From the IMG/VR virus record IMGVR_UViG_3300050505_000115: a stretch of 37,855 nucleotides of DNA. One strand, given 5' to 3'. The DNA is from a virus. The translations under genes were made by a program, and so were the position numbers. The notes beneath the pieces were generated by a model. The model worked only from the letters and a program-made list of their open reading frames with translations, ran no database searches and was not told the origin of the DNA. Every line of letters begins with the position of its first letter. The first letter of the stretch is position 1. This document shows positions 21,525-31,786 of this stretch, piece by piece.

Positions 21525-24500
21525 GCGGCCCTCCGCGCTGCTGGGAGCTTGTCCATCCCGTCTTTGGAGATCGGGATGAGCGAGACGCCCATCATTCCGG
21601 GGCCGGCGGTGTACTGGAGCGGCGGGGTGAATGTGATCGTGGCAACCACCCCGAAAGCCCCGGTCCCACCGCCCGGGGTGGGCGTCATCACGACATGCTG
21701 CGGATCGGTGACGCGCGTGATCGTGTAGGTGCCATTTTTGCCGGCCGGCCCGCCGGCGATCGTCACCGTGCCGCCGACATCCGTGGGGCCGAAGACACCA
21801 TTGGTGAAAAACCAGTCCCCGCCCCCGATCTCCGGGTCGATCCCGTCGTAGCGGTCCAGCGTGTTGCCGGCGATCGTCTCGTTCGGCGGTTGCCAGGGGA
21901 GGATCGTCACCTCGATCATCACGACCGACATCGGCTGCTGAGCCGGCCGCACCTCCCAGTCCCATCGCGGCCGAAACGAGTCGTCGAACACGATCGTGGG
22001 CGTCTGAAACGGGGACGTCTCCATGTTGCGATAGAGGGCGATCAACGCGCGATGCGGTGACGGCTGCTCGCCGACACCTTGAACCCGCTTGATTCTCCCG
22101 AATCCGCCAAGAACGCCGCCGAGGCGGTACCAGGGCGAGCGAACGCGGGCGAGGTAGTTCACCCCTCCCTCGACGTACGGGAAAAGCGAACTAACAGTCG
22201 CCTCGCTCAAGATCGCGCCGTCGGTGGACCGCGCGTAAACGACGCCCGTGACGCCGTTGTAGCCGTTGACTGCCGACAGGCAGGGCTGCGCGGTGTTCAC
22301 GCCCCAGGTGTTGGTAGTCCAGTTCCAGATCAGCGTGGTCCCCTCGAGCGAGTACCAGCGGATTTCCGTCTTGTCCTTGATGACGACGGCGCTCGTGATG
22401 GTGAGGCTGTTGTAGGCCCTCACCCCGGCCCCAACGTATTCGGGATTCCCGCCGGTCGTGCGGAAGATTCCAGCCCGCGCCGTCGACGACCGATACCAAA
22501 CACCCTCAGCACCAGACACGATCGACTGCGGATTGCTGCATCCCGTGTCCGAGTCGATCAGGCGGAAGTTGTAGGTAGCACCTCGGCCAAGGGCATCGGC
22601 ACCGTCACCGCCGACGACGTAGATTTTCCCTTCTTTGAAGGCGAACAGGTGCTCGCCATCGACGGCAAGGCCCGTGATCGGGTCGTTCGGATCTCCGATG
22701 TCGAGCGTCAGGGCCTCATTGAAGATCAGCCCGTGATCGAAGTCGGCTTCGACCGAATACCAGATCGTCCCCCGGCCTGACTCGGACACGATCAACCTGC
22801 CTTGGTACTCCACCGCGTTCGACACGGCCGGAAGCAACTGGTTTTCCAGGCCGTTTCCGTCGGTGTACAGCTCCTCACCGAGCGCCGTATCGGCAACGTT
22901 GTCGGTGAACGTGACCGTGTCGTTCAACGGATCGTTGGCGATGGAAGCGACCAGGAAATAGGCCCCGGGAGCATTGGCTTGCGTCCGGTATGCCTCGATC
23001 TGATAGCCGAACGTTCCAGAGACCAGGCCGCGATCGATGAGCCGGAGCGTTTCGATCGTCAGCGTGAACTTGAACTTAGATGCATCCGTCGCCCCGGTGA
23101 TCGCCGCCGTGGGGGCCGATCGCCACTTCCGCCCGGTTCGGTCGGTGAAGCTGAACACGAACCTCCAAGCATAGTTAGAACTCTGGGTGAGGTTTCCGCC
23201 GGCCGCCCCGATCACGGCGGTTGCCGACGGTGGGAAGTACGGAAAGCCTGCGGTTGCGAATGTCGATCCGTCGAAGTGGCCGAGCAGTCCCCCCGGGACG
23301 AATAGCGAACTGATGAACGTGGCCGGCTTCCCGACTTCGGTCTCAACCGTCGACGGGTGGCGAACCCTGATGATCTCGACGGCAAACTCACGCGTCGTTC
23401 CTCCGGTTGCCGTTCCTGCCGATGAGAACGACTCCGTGCGCGTCTCGCTCGTCGCGCCGATGTAGATCGCCCCGTCGGGCCCGGTGCTCACGTCGGCGAC
23501 GCCGTTCACAAACTCCGTCAGTCCTCCAGCGTCGCGGGGGAACACGACTGCGAGCGGCGCAGGTGGGGTGGTCGCCGTGAAGGTCAGATCGTTCGCGACC
23601 GCACAGACGAAGTAAGCCCGCTGGGTCGCGCCGTCGAAAGCTCCCAGGAAGTAGAAGTTCGTCGACTGTTGCCAGAACTTCGACCGCAGTCCGATTGAAC
23701 GATATTGCACGTCCGTCCCGAGCGTCGCGCCACCTGAGACCAGCGCGACCTTGATCTTCGCCTGCGTCGTCAGGCTGGGCGCCGTCACCTCGTAGAGCAC
23801 GCGATAGTTTCCCGTCGCGAAGTTGCTCGTCGTCGTGCCGATGATGTTCCGGATGCCAGGCGTCGAGCCCGACGGCGCTCCAACGGCACCACCGTCGAGG
23901 ATATGCGTTGCGGTGGCGTTCGAGAACCCGCCACCGGGGGCGGGGAGGTCCCACAGTGTTCTCAGGCCATTGGTGGTGTCGGCGATCATCACGGAGAACT
24001 TCCCAGACGCGCCAAGGTCTTGAAGCCATCCGAACGCGAGATTGGGCGTCACCACGACGCCCGCGGTCGTGCGGATCGTGAACGTCGAATTGCTGGCGAG
24101 GTTCGCCGAGTTGAGAACCGCGCACTTCAAGTTCCCCGTGGCGCCGTCCTGGTAGAGAATCCCGACGTTCGGCGAAGCTGCTCCCGGGGCACCCACGCGG
24201 ATGTCGATCGGCCCGTTCGTGGCTGTTACCTGGATCGCGCCCATGGTTTGCTGCTGCGCCAGGGTATAGGAGGTCAGATCGTAGGCATCGACTTGCAGGT
24301 TGCCGCCGAGCGCGTAGGCAACCACGGCCCGATTCCCCACGACGATCACCCGCGGAGTTACCCCGCCCGCTGTCCGTGTCGTCGTGAGCGGCTTGCGCGT
24401 GACGCGATCGAGGATCGTGACCACAACCCCGGCCGCCGTGTCGTCGTACACCTCGACGATCGCATTCGTCCCGACTGCCACCTGTGGAACGCGGACGTTC

Positions 24501-24889
24501 TGTGCCACCTGGGTCTGCGCGAAGACGGTCGTCGTGTCGACCTTGACCGGTCCCCGGCGGTAGCTGATGATCCCGCCGCTCGTCGGTGAGTTACGGACCC
24601 ACGCCTGTGGAGATGGGGCCCAGACGTGAAGCGGCTCGGGCGACCGGTTGAATCGCACCAGCGACCCGTCGAGGGCGGCGAGCTGCCAGACGGACGGCAG
24701 AGTGCCGGCGTTCGGGATCGTGGCCTGGCTCGAGGTCGACAGGATGTCAGCCCCGAGCCTCACCCGTGCGATCCCCGTCTGGTCGGAGGCGCAGTTCTCC
24801 GACACCAGCGTCGCTCCCGGCTGAACGAGCTGATCGGCAAGCTCGGTCTGCACGCCCGCGGCGAGCGGTATGAAGACCGGCTTGGGCAT
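21521..24889 (-). CDS. Large tail / nozzle-type structural protein (1122 aa)
   Basis: Track ORF. Largest gene, beta-rich, placed after a small tail-tubular-sized gene as in short-tailed phages. Confidence 0.6.
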   Translation of the reverse strand: MPKPVFIPLAAGVQTELADQLVQPGATLVSENCASDQTGIARVRLGADILSTSSQATIPNAGTLPSVWQLAALDGSLVRFNRSPEPLHVWAPSPQAWVRNSPTSGGIISYRRGPVKVDTTTVFAQTQVAQNVRVPQVAVGTNAIVEVYDDTAAGVVVTILDRVTRKPLTTTRTAGGVTPRVIVVGNRAVVAYALGGNLQVDAYDLTSYTLAQQQTMGAIQVTATNGPIDIRVGAPGAASPNVGILYQDGATGNLKCAVLNSANLASNSTFTIRTTAGVVVTPNLAFGWLQDLGASGKFSVMIADTTNGLRTLWDLPAPGGGFSNATATHILDGGAVGAPSGSTPGIRNIIGTTTSNFATGNYRVLYEVTAPSLTTQAKIKVALVSGGATLGTDVQYRSIGLRSKFWQQSTNFYFLGAFDGATQRAYFVCAVANDLTFTATTPPAPLAVVFPRDAGGLTEFVNGVADVSTGPDGAIYIGATSETRTESFSSAGTATGGTTREFAVEIIRVRHPSTVETEVGKPATFISSLFVPGGLLGHFDGSTFATAGFPYFPPSATAVIGAAGGNLTQSSNYAWRFVFSFTDRTGRKWRSAPTAAITGATDASKFKFTLTIETLRLIDRGLVSGTFGYQIEAYRTQANAPGAYFLVASIANDPLNDTVTFTDNVADTALGEELYTDGNGLENQLLPAVSNAVEYQGRLIVSESGRGTIWYSVEADFDHGLIFNEALTLDIGDPNDPITGLAVDGEHLFAFKEGKIYVVGGDGADALGRGATYNFRLIDSDTGCSNPQSIVSGAEGVWYRSSTARAGIFRTTGGNPEYVGAGVRAYNSLTITSAVVIKDKTEIRWYSLEGTTLIWNWTTNTWGVNTAQPCLSAVNGYNGVTGVVYARSTDGAILSEATVSSLFPYVEGGVNYLARVRSPWYRLGGVLGGFGRIKRVQGVGEQPSPHRALIALYRNMETSPFQTPTIVFDDSFRPRWDWEVRPAQQPMSVVMIEVTILPWQPPNETIAGNTLDRYDGIDPEIGGGDWFFTNGVFGPTDVGGTVTIAGGPAGKNGTYTITRVTDPQHVVMTPTPGGGTGAFGVVATITFTPPLQYTAGPGMMGVSLIPISKDGMDKLPAARRAA

Positions 24890-25452
24890 TACAGGTTCTT
24901 GATGAACACGGCCGTGATGTGCACCGCGCCGGCGTTGACGCTGACTGTTGCGGTCCAGTTGTTGTTCGCTGCCGCCTGGGGAACCGGGATCGGGAACGGG
25001 ATGACGATGGGGGCGCCGGTCGGGGCGGCGGCAGCGTTCGGGTAGTCGAGCACCATGCGGGTCGTGCCGCCGGTGGCGTCCTTGATCGTGATCGTCGCCG
25101 CTGCCGCGTCGGTCGTGGAGATGATCAGGCAGGAGAGATCGACGAAGACGTTGGCGCCACCTGCCGTGATGATCGTCGTTTCAGCCGTCGAGGCCGAAAT
25201 GGTGGTCGCCTGGACACCGACCAGTTCGCGGACGTGCCCTGTCGTGGCGACGAGCCGACCCGCCTTGTCGGCCATGACCGCCACGAGGTTGCCGTTCGAG
25301 GCATTCGTCGGGTTTGCGGTCGCTGCGCGTGCTCCTGACATCTCGGCGTTTGCGGGAACCGCGGCGCCGGTGGCTCCAGCACCCACGGCAGCCGCTCCCG
25401 TGCTGCTCATCTCCACGATTTCGGCGCCGGTCGTCGGATTTGTCGTTCCCAT
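24889..25452 (-). CDS. Virion structural protein (187 aa)
   Basis: Track ORF. GAGGAG SD. Thr/Ala-rich and beta-rich. Confidence 0.6.
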   Translation of the reverse strand: MGTTNPTTGAEIVEMSSTGAAAVGAGATGAAVPANAEMSGARAATANPTNASNGNLVAVMADKAGRLVATTGHVRELVGVQATTISASTAETTIITAGGANVFVDLSCLIISTTDAAAATITIKDATGGTTRMVLDYPNAAAAPTGAPIVIPFPIPVPQAAANNNWTATVSVNAGAVHITAVFIKNL

Positions 25453-25464
25453 GGTCGTTTCTCC

Positions 25465-25788
25465 TCAGGTGACTCGGATCAGCACCGACACGGGTGCCGA
25501 GGCTTGCAGGATCAGGAAGTCGTGCGGCTTCGCGTTCACAGTTGCCGACTGCCAGACGACGGCGTTCGCACTGCGATCCACGATTTCCCAGGTCGTGACC
25601 GGGGCGTTGAGCCCGTGGCGCAACGGCGTATCCGTCGTGGCGGCTGAGAACGTCAGCCGAAATAGCCGATCGTTCGTGACCGCGTTCTGGAGCGACCGGA
25701 AGGCATCGCGCAGGCGGTGAACGAGCTCATCCAGCAGGCCCGACCCTCCTGGCTTGCCTTGCGTATCGCGGAACTCGAACGGCGTCAC
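25465..25788 (-). CDS. Virion-associated protein (107 aa)
   Basis: Track ORF. GTGA overlap with the upstream stop. Confidence 0.55.
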   Translation of the reverse strand: MTPFEFRDTQGKPGGSGLLDELVHRLRDAFRSLQNAVTNDRLFRLTFSAATTDTPLRHGLNAPVTTWEIVDRSANAVVWQSATVNAKPHDFLILQASAPVSVLIRVT

Positions 25789-26717
25789 AGGTCGGTCCCC
25801 CAGTCGTCCGTGTCAACGATCGTCTGCGGGCCGCCCTGGTCTGTCTCCAGCGCTTCCGTGAGGTCTTCTCGGATCAGGTTCCGTTGCTCAGCGAGCGCCT
25901 TGGCCTGCTGGTAGCTCTCTTCCTTGATCAGCGACTTGATCGCGGCCGTCAGCCAGACGTATTCGGAGTAGGGCTCAAGTTCAGAGTCCAGGCAGCGCGC
26001 CACGGTCGCCGTCGTGCCGTTTGGGAAAATCTCATTGGTGGCCGCACCGTCGGTTTGCGCACCGTTGGCCGCTATGATCGCCGTCAAAGTGCGCGCGCCG
26101 TTGTTGACAGGATTCGTCGCGCCCGAGACAGTGAGAATTCCGCCCAAGTCATTGAACGTGTCCAGGTTGAAATTCTGAAAGCCCCATTCGGGGATTCCAG
26201 CCACAACCGCGATGCTGTCGGTTGCAGGCGTCACGACCGCGATATCACGCACAGCCGCCAGCACCTTCGGCTTGGGCACATAGTAGAGCCGATAAGTCCC
26301 CGCCGCGGCTTCCTGGGGCTGGATACGCAGCAGCGACGACCCGATGACGTTGTAGAACCGATTGGGCGCATAGAGCAGCGGGTCGAAGTCGCGAATCTGG
26401 TTCTGCCGGATCAAGTTCCGGTCCTGGAAATTGTACGGGCGGACCGTCCGGCGTAGGGGCGTGTCTGGATCGACGTCGAGGCCCTTGAGCCTCCAGAAGT
26501 TCGACGGCAGCGTGACTTGTGACTGGCCAGCGGTCAGCGTGAAGTTGTACTCGCGGTAGAAGGTCGCCTTGAACTTGTTCGTGACGAACCGGTGCAGTTC
26601 CGTCACGCCAGTGTTCAGCCACGAAATCCAGGTCGGATCGGTGACGTAGTCGGTTACGTTGGTGAGGTCGGCTGCTTCCTTCGCGAGCGCGAGTAGCTGT
26701 TCCGTCGTGGTCGACAC
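25785..26717 (-). CDS. Putative head-tail adaptor / connector protein (310 aa)
   Basis: Track ORF. Called on position downstream of the capsid genes only. Confidence 0.4.
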   Translation of the reverse strand: MSTTTEQLLALAKEAADLTNVTDYVTDPTWISWLNTGVTELHRFVTNKFKATFYREYNFTLTAGQSQVTLPSNFWRLKGLDVDPDTPLRRTVRPYNFQDRNLIRQNQIRDFDPLLYAPNRFYNVIGSSLLRIQPQEAAAGTYRLYYVPKPKVLAAVRDIAVVTPATDSIAVVAGIPEWGFQNFNLDTFNDLGGILTVSGATNPVNNGARTLTAIIAANGAQTDGAATNEIFPNGTTATVARCLDSELEPYSEYVWLTAAIKSLIKEESYQQAKALAEQRNLIREDLTEALETDQGGPQTIVDTDDWGTDL

Positions 26718-26723
26718 GGCGGG

Positions 26724-26948
26724 CTACTTCCTGGAGCAGATTCGGATCAGCTCCTTGAGCGCGTCGTATGCCGCGGGCGTGGCCTTGATGCCGGCCGCCT
26801 TGGCGAAGTCCTCCCAGGCCGACATCTCCGCGGCGTCGTCCGCGTCCTCGTCGGGCGGCCCGCCCATCTCGTCGTCGTCGGGCTCCAGATCATCCGGAGC
26901 CGGCGCCGAGCGGGCCAGGAGCTTGCCGTATGCGGGACCCATCGCCAT
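26724..26948 (-). CDS. Small acidic protein (74 aa)
   Basis: Track ORF within the head module. Confidence 0.5.
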   Translation of the reverse strand: MAMGPAYGKLLARSAPAPDDLEPDDDEMGGPPDEDADDAAEMSAWEDFAKAAGIKATPAAYDALKELIRICSRK

Positions 26949-26950
26949 CG

Positions 26951-27370
26951 TCAGCTCAGCGAAACGATCGCCATCCAGGTGAACTTGGTCCCGGAAGCCG
27001 GGTCGGCATCCGCCTGCGTGTCCTCACGAACGAACTGGATCGAAAACCCCGATGTATCGGCCAGAAGGCGGCACTTCGGCGAGCTGCCGGTCGTCGTGGG
27101 GAACGCCGCATCGTCGGGTCCGATCATGGTGGCGCCGACGAACTTGACGTGCCGGTACTTCCGATCGAACGCCACGCCATAGCGCCCGCTCTTCGCCGCG
27201 GTCTTGGACACCGTACCGCCGGTGTTCTTGGCACCGTTCGCCACGGTGCCGCTGGCGTCCATCTGGCCTTGCGTCGAGATGGCGCCCGCCGCCGTGATGG
27301 TCACGACGCCCGAGATCGTCAGCTCTCGGGGCCGCAAACACTGCATCTGCCGAAGGGATCGCGTCGCCAT
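26951..27370 (-). CDS. Head-associated protein (139 aa; possible decoration protein)
   Basis: Track ORF directly after the major capsid gene. GGAG SD. Confidence 0.5.
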   Translation of the reverse strand: MATRSLRQMQCLRPRELTISGVVTITAAGAISTQGQMDASGTVANGAKNTGGTVSKTAAKSGRYGVAFDRKYRHVKFVGATMIGPDDAAFPTTTGSSPKCRLLADTSGFSIQFVREDTQADADPASGTKFTWMAIVSLS

Positions 27371-27380
27371 GGACCGCTCC

Positions 27381-28652
27381 TTAGGTGAGGGCGCCGAACT
27401 TCACGACGCCGCAGGCCGCGGGGTCGTACATCACGAAGTTGTGGACGGCGTAGATGCGCAGCTCCGAGCTGTTGTCGTCGGAGACGCGCACCCACTGGCC
27501 ATCGCCCTCCATGTTGACGTGGGGGGTCTCGCCGGCGCCGACGTTGGCGAAGCTCTCCTTCTGGAGCGAGTAGCCGACGTCATCCTCGCAGTTGCGGTCG
27601 ACGACGATCGAGACGTTGATCTCCATCGCGTTGACGGACAGCTTCAGGAAGCCGCCCTCGCCGTTCGCGCTCGAGGTGAACCGGCGGTCGCTGCCGAGAG
27701 ACTGCGACATCGAAATCCAGCGCTTGTGGGAGACGTACAGCGTCAGGTCGGTCGCGTTGCCGATGATGACGCACGCCCCGACCAGTTCCTCGCAGGCGTC
27801 GATGTCATCCTTGTTCGTCCCGTCGACGAAGTTGCCGAACGCCCGGCTGTTGCCGCTGCGATCGGTGCCTTCCAGCGTCGAGATTCCGGTGTCCACCACC
27901 GGCCGAACCTCGGGCAGCCAGGACCGGAGGCCGACGGCGCAGACGCGGACAGCGGCGCCGCCGCCGACGTTCTGGCGGTCGCCGTTGACGAACACGAAGT
28001 CGCCGTTCGCCCAACCCAGGGTGCCGGACAGAGACGCCACGGAGGTCGTCACCACGTTCGTGCCGTAGTCGACGCCCGTGACGGTTGCCGCGGTCGCCGA
28101 GTGGAGCGCGTTCGTATGGAGGTCGACAGCCGCGACCAGCGGCATGCCCTCCACGAAGTGGTTGATCGCGCCGTTCGAAACGGTGAAGTTGTTCGTGCCG
28201 GGGGTGTAGGTGATCCCGGTCGCCGCCAGCTCTCCCCAGCCCGAGGCCAGAGCCCGGACGGACAACATGTGGTGGGTCATCCGCATCGCGGACGCCGACG
28301 CGAACGCCACGGCGTTCAGGAAGGCGGTCACGTTGGTGCGGGTGAGGGCCTTCGCCTTCGCCGACACGCGGATCGGGGCGTTGATCTCCTGCCAGGGCAG
28401 GTTGAACTTGAGGCCGGGGCTGACGGTGCTGTTCTGGGCCAGGCCCTGCGCGACCGTGAAGTCCTGGGAGACGGTGAAGACGTCCTTGATGACCTGGGTG
28501 AACGAGCAGAAGTCACCACCGCCGTCGGTCTTAGACGGCATGTTCTTCCAGATCGCGCCCTTCTTCGCGGCGATGCTGTTCTGCACCACCTTGTTGGCGA
28601 AGTACCGCTTCAGGATTCCTGCGACGGTCGTTGCGTTGAGTGCGGCGGCCAT
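27381..28652 (-). CDS. Major capsid protein (423 aa)
   Basis: Track ORF. Portal-scaffold-capsid gene order. Strongest SD in the window (AAGGAGAG). Confidence 0.7.
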   Translation of the reverse strand: MAAALNATTVAGILKRYFANKVVQNSIAAKKGAIWKNMPSKTDGGGDFCSFTQVIKDVFTVSQDFTVAQGLAQNSTVSPGLKFNLPWQEINAPIRVSAKAKALTRTNVTAFLNAVAFASASAMRMTHHMLSVRALASGWGELAATGITYTPGTNNFTVSNGAINHFVEGMPLVAAVDLHTNALHSATAATVTGVDYGTNVVTTSVASLSGTLGWANGDFVFVNGDRQNVGGGAAVRVCAVGLRSWLPEVRPVVDTGISTLEGTDRSGNSRAFGNFVDGTNKDDIDACEELVGACVIIGNATDLTLYVSHKRWISMSQSLGSDRRFTSSANGEGGFLKLSVNAMEINVSIVVDRNCEDDVGYSLQKESFANVGAGETPHVNMEGDGQWVRVSDDNSSELRIYAVHNFVMYDPAACGVVKFGALT

Positions 28653-28676
28653 GATTCAGCTCTCCTTGTGCGGCGG

Positions 28677-29585
28677 TTACGCCCCGAGGCCCGCTTGGGC
28701 GACGAGGAACTTCATCAACTTCTCCGGGTCCTCCGGCTCGGCCGGGTCCGTCGCGGCGGCGGTGCTCTGCGCGCCACTGAGCGACGTGGTTCCGGGGCGA
28801 TCTTTGACGGGCGGCGCTGCCGGCTTTGCGGCCGGGGCTGCCCAACCCATCTTCTTGGCGATCTTCTCGCCGGTGGACTTCAGGTCGGCTTCGACCAGCG
28901 CGGCGGCGCGGTCCCAGGCGATCGGCTTGCCGTGGATCGAGTGGTACTCGATCATGAAGTCGACGACGGCCCCGGCCCGATCCGCCTCGTTGATCAGCGG
29001 GAACTTCGGGGACGCCTTGATCTCGCGGGCGATCTCGGCCTTGCGATTGTCGATGGCGGCTTGCTGCCGCTGCGACTGCTCGGCGGCCTCGCGCTCTTCG
29101 ATGCGGCGCTCCAGGGCGGTCAGGCGCGGGTTGTCATCACCCTCGGCCGGTGGGGCGGTCTTGCCTTCGGCGATCGAGGCGTCGATCACGTCATCGATCG
29201 ACTTGCCGTGCTTCGCCAGCCACGCCTTGGGGTTCTTGAGCAGCTCGGCCAGCGTGTCACCGGTGGAGGCTGCTTCCCGGGCCGCAACGGCGGCCTCACG
29301 CTCGTCCAGCTTCGCCAGCATCTTGCGGACGCGGGCGGCCGTGACGTCATCGGCCGGCTCACTGTCGGCGGGCGTGGTCTCTTCGGTAGCAGAGGCGGGA
29401 GTCGAACCCGCTGGGTCGGCGGTATGAGCGCCATCCGCCTCCGAGGCTCCCTGCGTCGCGGGCTGATCTTCGGTCACGACGGCCGCCCCGGTCGCGTCGG
29501 CTGCCTTCAGCTCTTCGGCGACGATCTGATCCAGCGAAGGTTCGGCGACGGGCGCGTCTGACGGCGTCTCGATGGTCGTGCTCAC
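28677..29585 (-). CDS. Scaffolding protein (302 aa)
   Basis: Track ORF. Acidic, Ala/Glu-rich and helical, located between portal and capsid. GTG start abuts a 19-mer copy. Confidence 0.65.
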   Translation of the reverse strand: MSTTIETPSDAPVAEPSLDQIVAEELKAADATGAAVVTEDQPATQGASEADGAHTADPAGSTPASATEETTPADSEPADDVTAARVRKMLAKLDEREAAVAAREAASTGDTLAELLKNPKAWLAKHGKSIDDVIDASIAEGKTAPPAEGDDNPRLTALERRIEEREAAEQSQRQQAAIDNRKAEIAREIKASPKFPLINEADRAGAVVDFMIEYHSIHGKPIAWDRAAALVEADLKSTGEKIAKKMGWAAPAAKPAAPPVKDRPGTTSLSGAQSTAAATDPAEPEDPEKLMKFLVAQAGLGA

Positions 29586-29604
29586 ACAAGGGCGCGCGTG
29601 TCAC
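29586..29604 (-). promoter_or_regulatory. Late-operon 19-mer copy (GTGACACGCGCGCCCTTGT)
   Basis: Read directly. Immediately 5' of the scaffold GTG start. Confidence 0.6.
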
Positions 29605-29625
29605 GGGTCGTGATAGAGTTGGGCA

Positions 29626-29877
29626 GTGGTTTTTCATGTCCTGAACGTCCCTGAGGTCAGTCCGCAGGGCGCACGCACGTACTGCGAGGCGTGCGACGAA
29701 TGGGCCACCGCATGGCTCTTAGGTGAGCCTCCCGCCGACCCCAGGAGAGCCGCGATCGTGGATTTGACCTTGAGGAGAAGCCTGCTGTCCGTCTTCGATC
29801 CTGGTCGTTGCTCGATAAAGCAGCGCGACGAAATACGCCACGTATTCGAGATCAGGCAGCGCGAAGGCTGGGAGTAG
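29626..29877 (+). CDS. Questionable plus-strand ORF (83 aa) in the portal-scaffold gap
   Basis: Track ORF with a GTG start and no SD. Mixed GC3 with several rare codons (TTA, ATA, AGA, AGG). Confidence 0.25.
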   Translation: MVFHVLNVPEVSPQGARTYCEACDEWATAWLLGEPPADPRRAAIVDLTLRRSLLSVFDPGRCSIKQRDEIRHVFEIRQREGWE

Positions 29878-29878
29878 T

Positions 29879-31786
29879 TCAGGACGGCAGTGGGGTCGCC
29901 GGGGCCGGCACAGCGCCGGCCTGTACCGCCGCAAGCTGATCGCCCGCAGGAGGTTGCTGCTGAATCGGCGCTGCCTGCTGCTGGGCCGGTGCGGGGGCGG
30001 GAGTCGCGCGGCCCTTGAGCGCCTTCAGTTCGTCGACGTATCGGCGGGCAAGAGAGACGTTCTTCGGGGCGATCTTTTCGACCTTCGCCATGGCCAGGTA
30101 CACTGTGGCGTTCTTGAGGGCCAAGTCGTAGTGGGCAACGGCCAGCTCGTCTGGGTGCTCGGGCTTGCCGTCGTAGAGCATGTTTTCGAACGCGGTGGAG
30201 AACATGCGCTGGATGCTGTTCTCGAGCGTGTCTTCGCTCTCCACGTCGAGGTCCGACATCGCGGCTCGGGCGCGGTCAACGTCCCAAAGCTGGGATTCGA
30301 GCATCTTCAGGATGAAGTCGAGCCGGGCCGCCGGGGTGAGCGGCAGGAAGCCGGTCGGATAGATCGTGACCTTCTTCTTCTTCAGGTCGGCGATCGTTCC
30401 CTTGAAGTCGACGACGTCGATCCCGCGCTGCCCCTCGGCCTGCACCTCGTAGGCGTGACCATCGGCGACGATGTCGGCGGCCATCTCGACCACGCGATTG
30501 AAGATCTCGACGATCGGGCGCTCCCAGGTGCGCTGGGCGAAGATCTGAAGGCGCAGGTTCTGCGACTCCATCGCCTCCCGTTGGGCAACGCCTGACTCGG
30601 CCCCCGGCGCCTTCTCTCCCTCGCTGGCGTTCTGGGAGATGCCGGCGAAATTGTACATATTGGCGATCAGCTCGCGCTTCGACGTGAAGTGCTGCTCGGG
30701 CAAGTACGGCCACACCAGCGGAACCGGCGGCTTGTCGGTGAACTCGACGAACGCGCCCACGTCGTTCGTGAACTGCTCCTTGATGATCTTCGACCCTCGC
30801 TGCAATCCGACACGGGGACGGCCCATCAACTTCCGGGCTTTTCGCTCCACCCACAGCATGTGATTCAGTTCGGACTGCATCGGCTCGAGGTAGGCAGCCA
30901 GGGAGTTGCCCCCGAACCCGATCACGAACGGCTCCCACACGAAAAACGTATAGGGGTGCCATGGTTTCTCCCACGGCTCCATCAGGAGGCGGGCCCCGGC
31001 TTGCGACTGGATGACGATCCCGTGCCAGCCGTCCTTGACGCCTTCGGCCGACGGGACCGAGTACGCCTCGCGGCACAGAACGAGGTCGGTGTTCCCGCCC
31101 GTGTCGGTCTGGATGACGTCGGCGATCTCGATCGCGGCTCGGGCCGCCGGGTTTCCCTTGCCAAACTTCGCCTTCAGGACCGCCTTGGACATGGCCCGCT
31201 GTCGGTGGAACGTCTTGGGCTTCCCGCCCCGGGCCGACAGGTGGCTGTAGCGCAGTTCCCCCGGCAAGACGCGCTCGATCACGACCTTGTTGTCCCGCTC
31301 TTCGTACGTGACGCAGCCGAATCGGCACACCTCGCCGTCCCGCAGGGCTTCGCCGCAGACCGTGTGTAGATCGGCCTCGCCCGACCAGCCGTCAAGCCAC
31401 TGGGTCGCCGACTTGGCGCGCCGCTTCTGGTCCTGCGTGCCGTTCGTGGTCAGGAACCGGCCGCGGACCTTGGACCGGGCCAACATGGCGTGGGCCGTGT
31501 TCACGACGGCGCGCAGCACGTTCCAGGGGGAGATTTCCACCGGTCCCTGGGTGCCGAGGGTCGGGCCGCGGGCCGAAAGAAACGTGCCAGAGAACGGGAG
31601 TAGCTCCGTCATGGGGCGCTGCTCGTACATGCGCAGGAGGTCGAAGTCCCGCTCGATGTCGAACCCGGTCTGCTGCTCTTCGTCGACGGCGATCGCCTCA
31701 TCCAGCATCGCCTTGGCGCGGGCGTCCAGGCGATCCGGTGGCGATAGGTCCTCGCCGAAGTCCTCCCCGAACCAGGGCGCGGTCAC
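29879..31786 (-). CDS. Portal protein (635 aa)
   Basis: Track ORF. Size and position between terL and the scaffold gene. Confidence 0.75.
   Translation of the reverse strand: MTAPWFGEDFGEDLSPPDRLDARAKAMLDEAIAVDEEQQTGFDIERDFDLLRMYEQRPMTELLPFSGTFLSARGPTLGTQGPVEISPWNVLRAVVNTAHAMLARSKVRGRFLTTNGTQDQKRRAKSATQWLDGWSGEADLHTVCGEALRDGEVCRFGCVTYEERDNKVVIERVLPGELRYSHLSARGGKPKTFHRQRAMSKAVLKAKFGKGNPAARAAIEIADVIQTDTGGNTDLVLCREAYSVPSAEGVKDGWHGIVIQSQAGARLLMEPWEKPWHPYTFFVWEPFVIGFGGNSLAAYLEPMQSELNHMLWVERKARKLMGRPRVGLQRGSKIIKEQFTNDVGAFVEFTDKPPVPLVWPYLPEQHFTSKRELIANMYNFAGISQNASEGEKAPGAESGVAQREAMESQNLRLQIFAQRTWERPIVEIFNRVVEMAADIVADGHAYEVQAEGQRGIDVVDFKGTIADLKKKKVTIYPTGFLPLTPAARLDFILKMLESQLWDVDRARAAMSDLDVESEDTLENSIQRMFSTAFENMLYDGKPEHPDELAVAHYDLALKNATVYLAMAKVEKIAPKNVSLARRYVDELKALKGRATPAPAPAQQQAAPIQQQPPAGDQLAAVQAGAVPAPATPLPS

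Noticed and set aside
27204-29561. Very long plus-strand ORF (785 aa) antisense to the capsid and scaffold genes
   Set aside because: Arg/Gly/Asp/Val-rich product typical of shadow ORFs in GC-rich DNA. It overlaps coherent, SD-preceded structural genes on the other strand.
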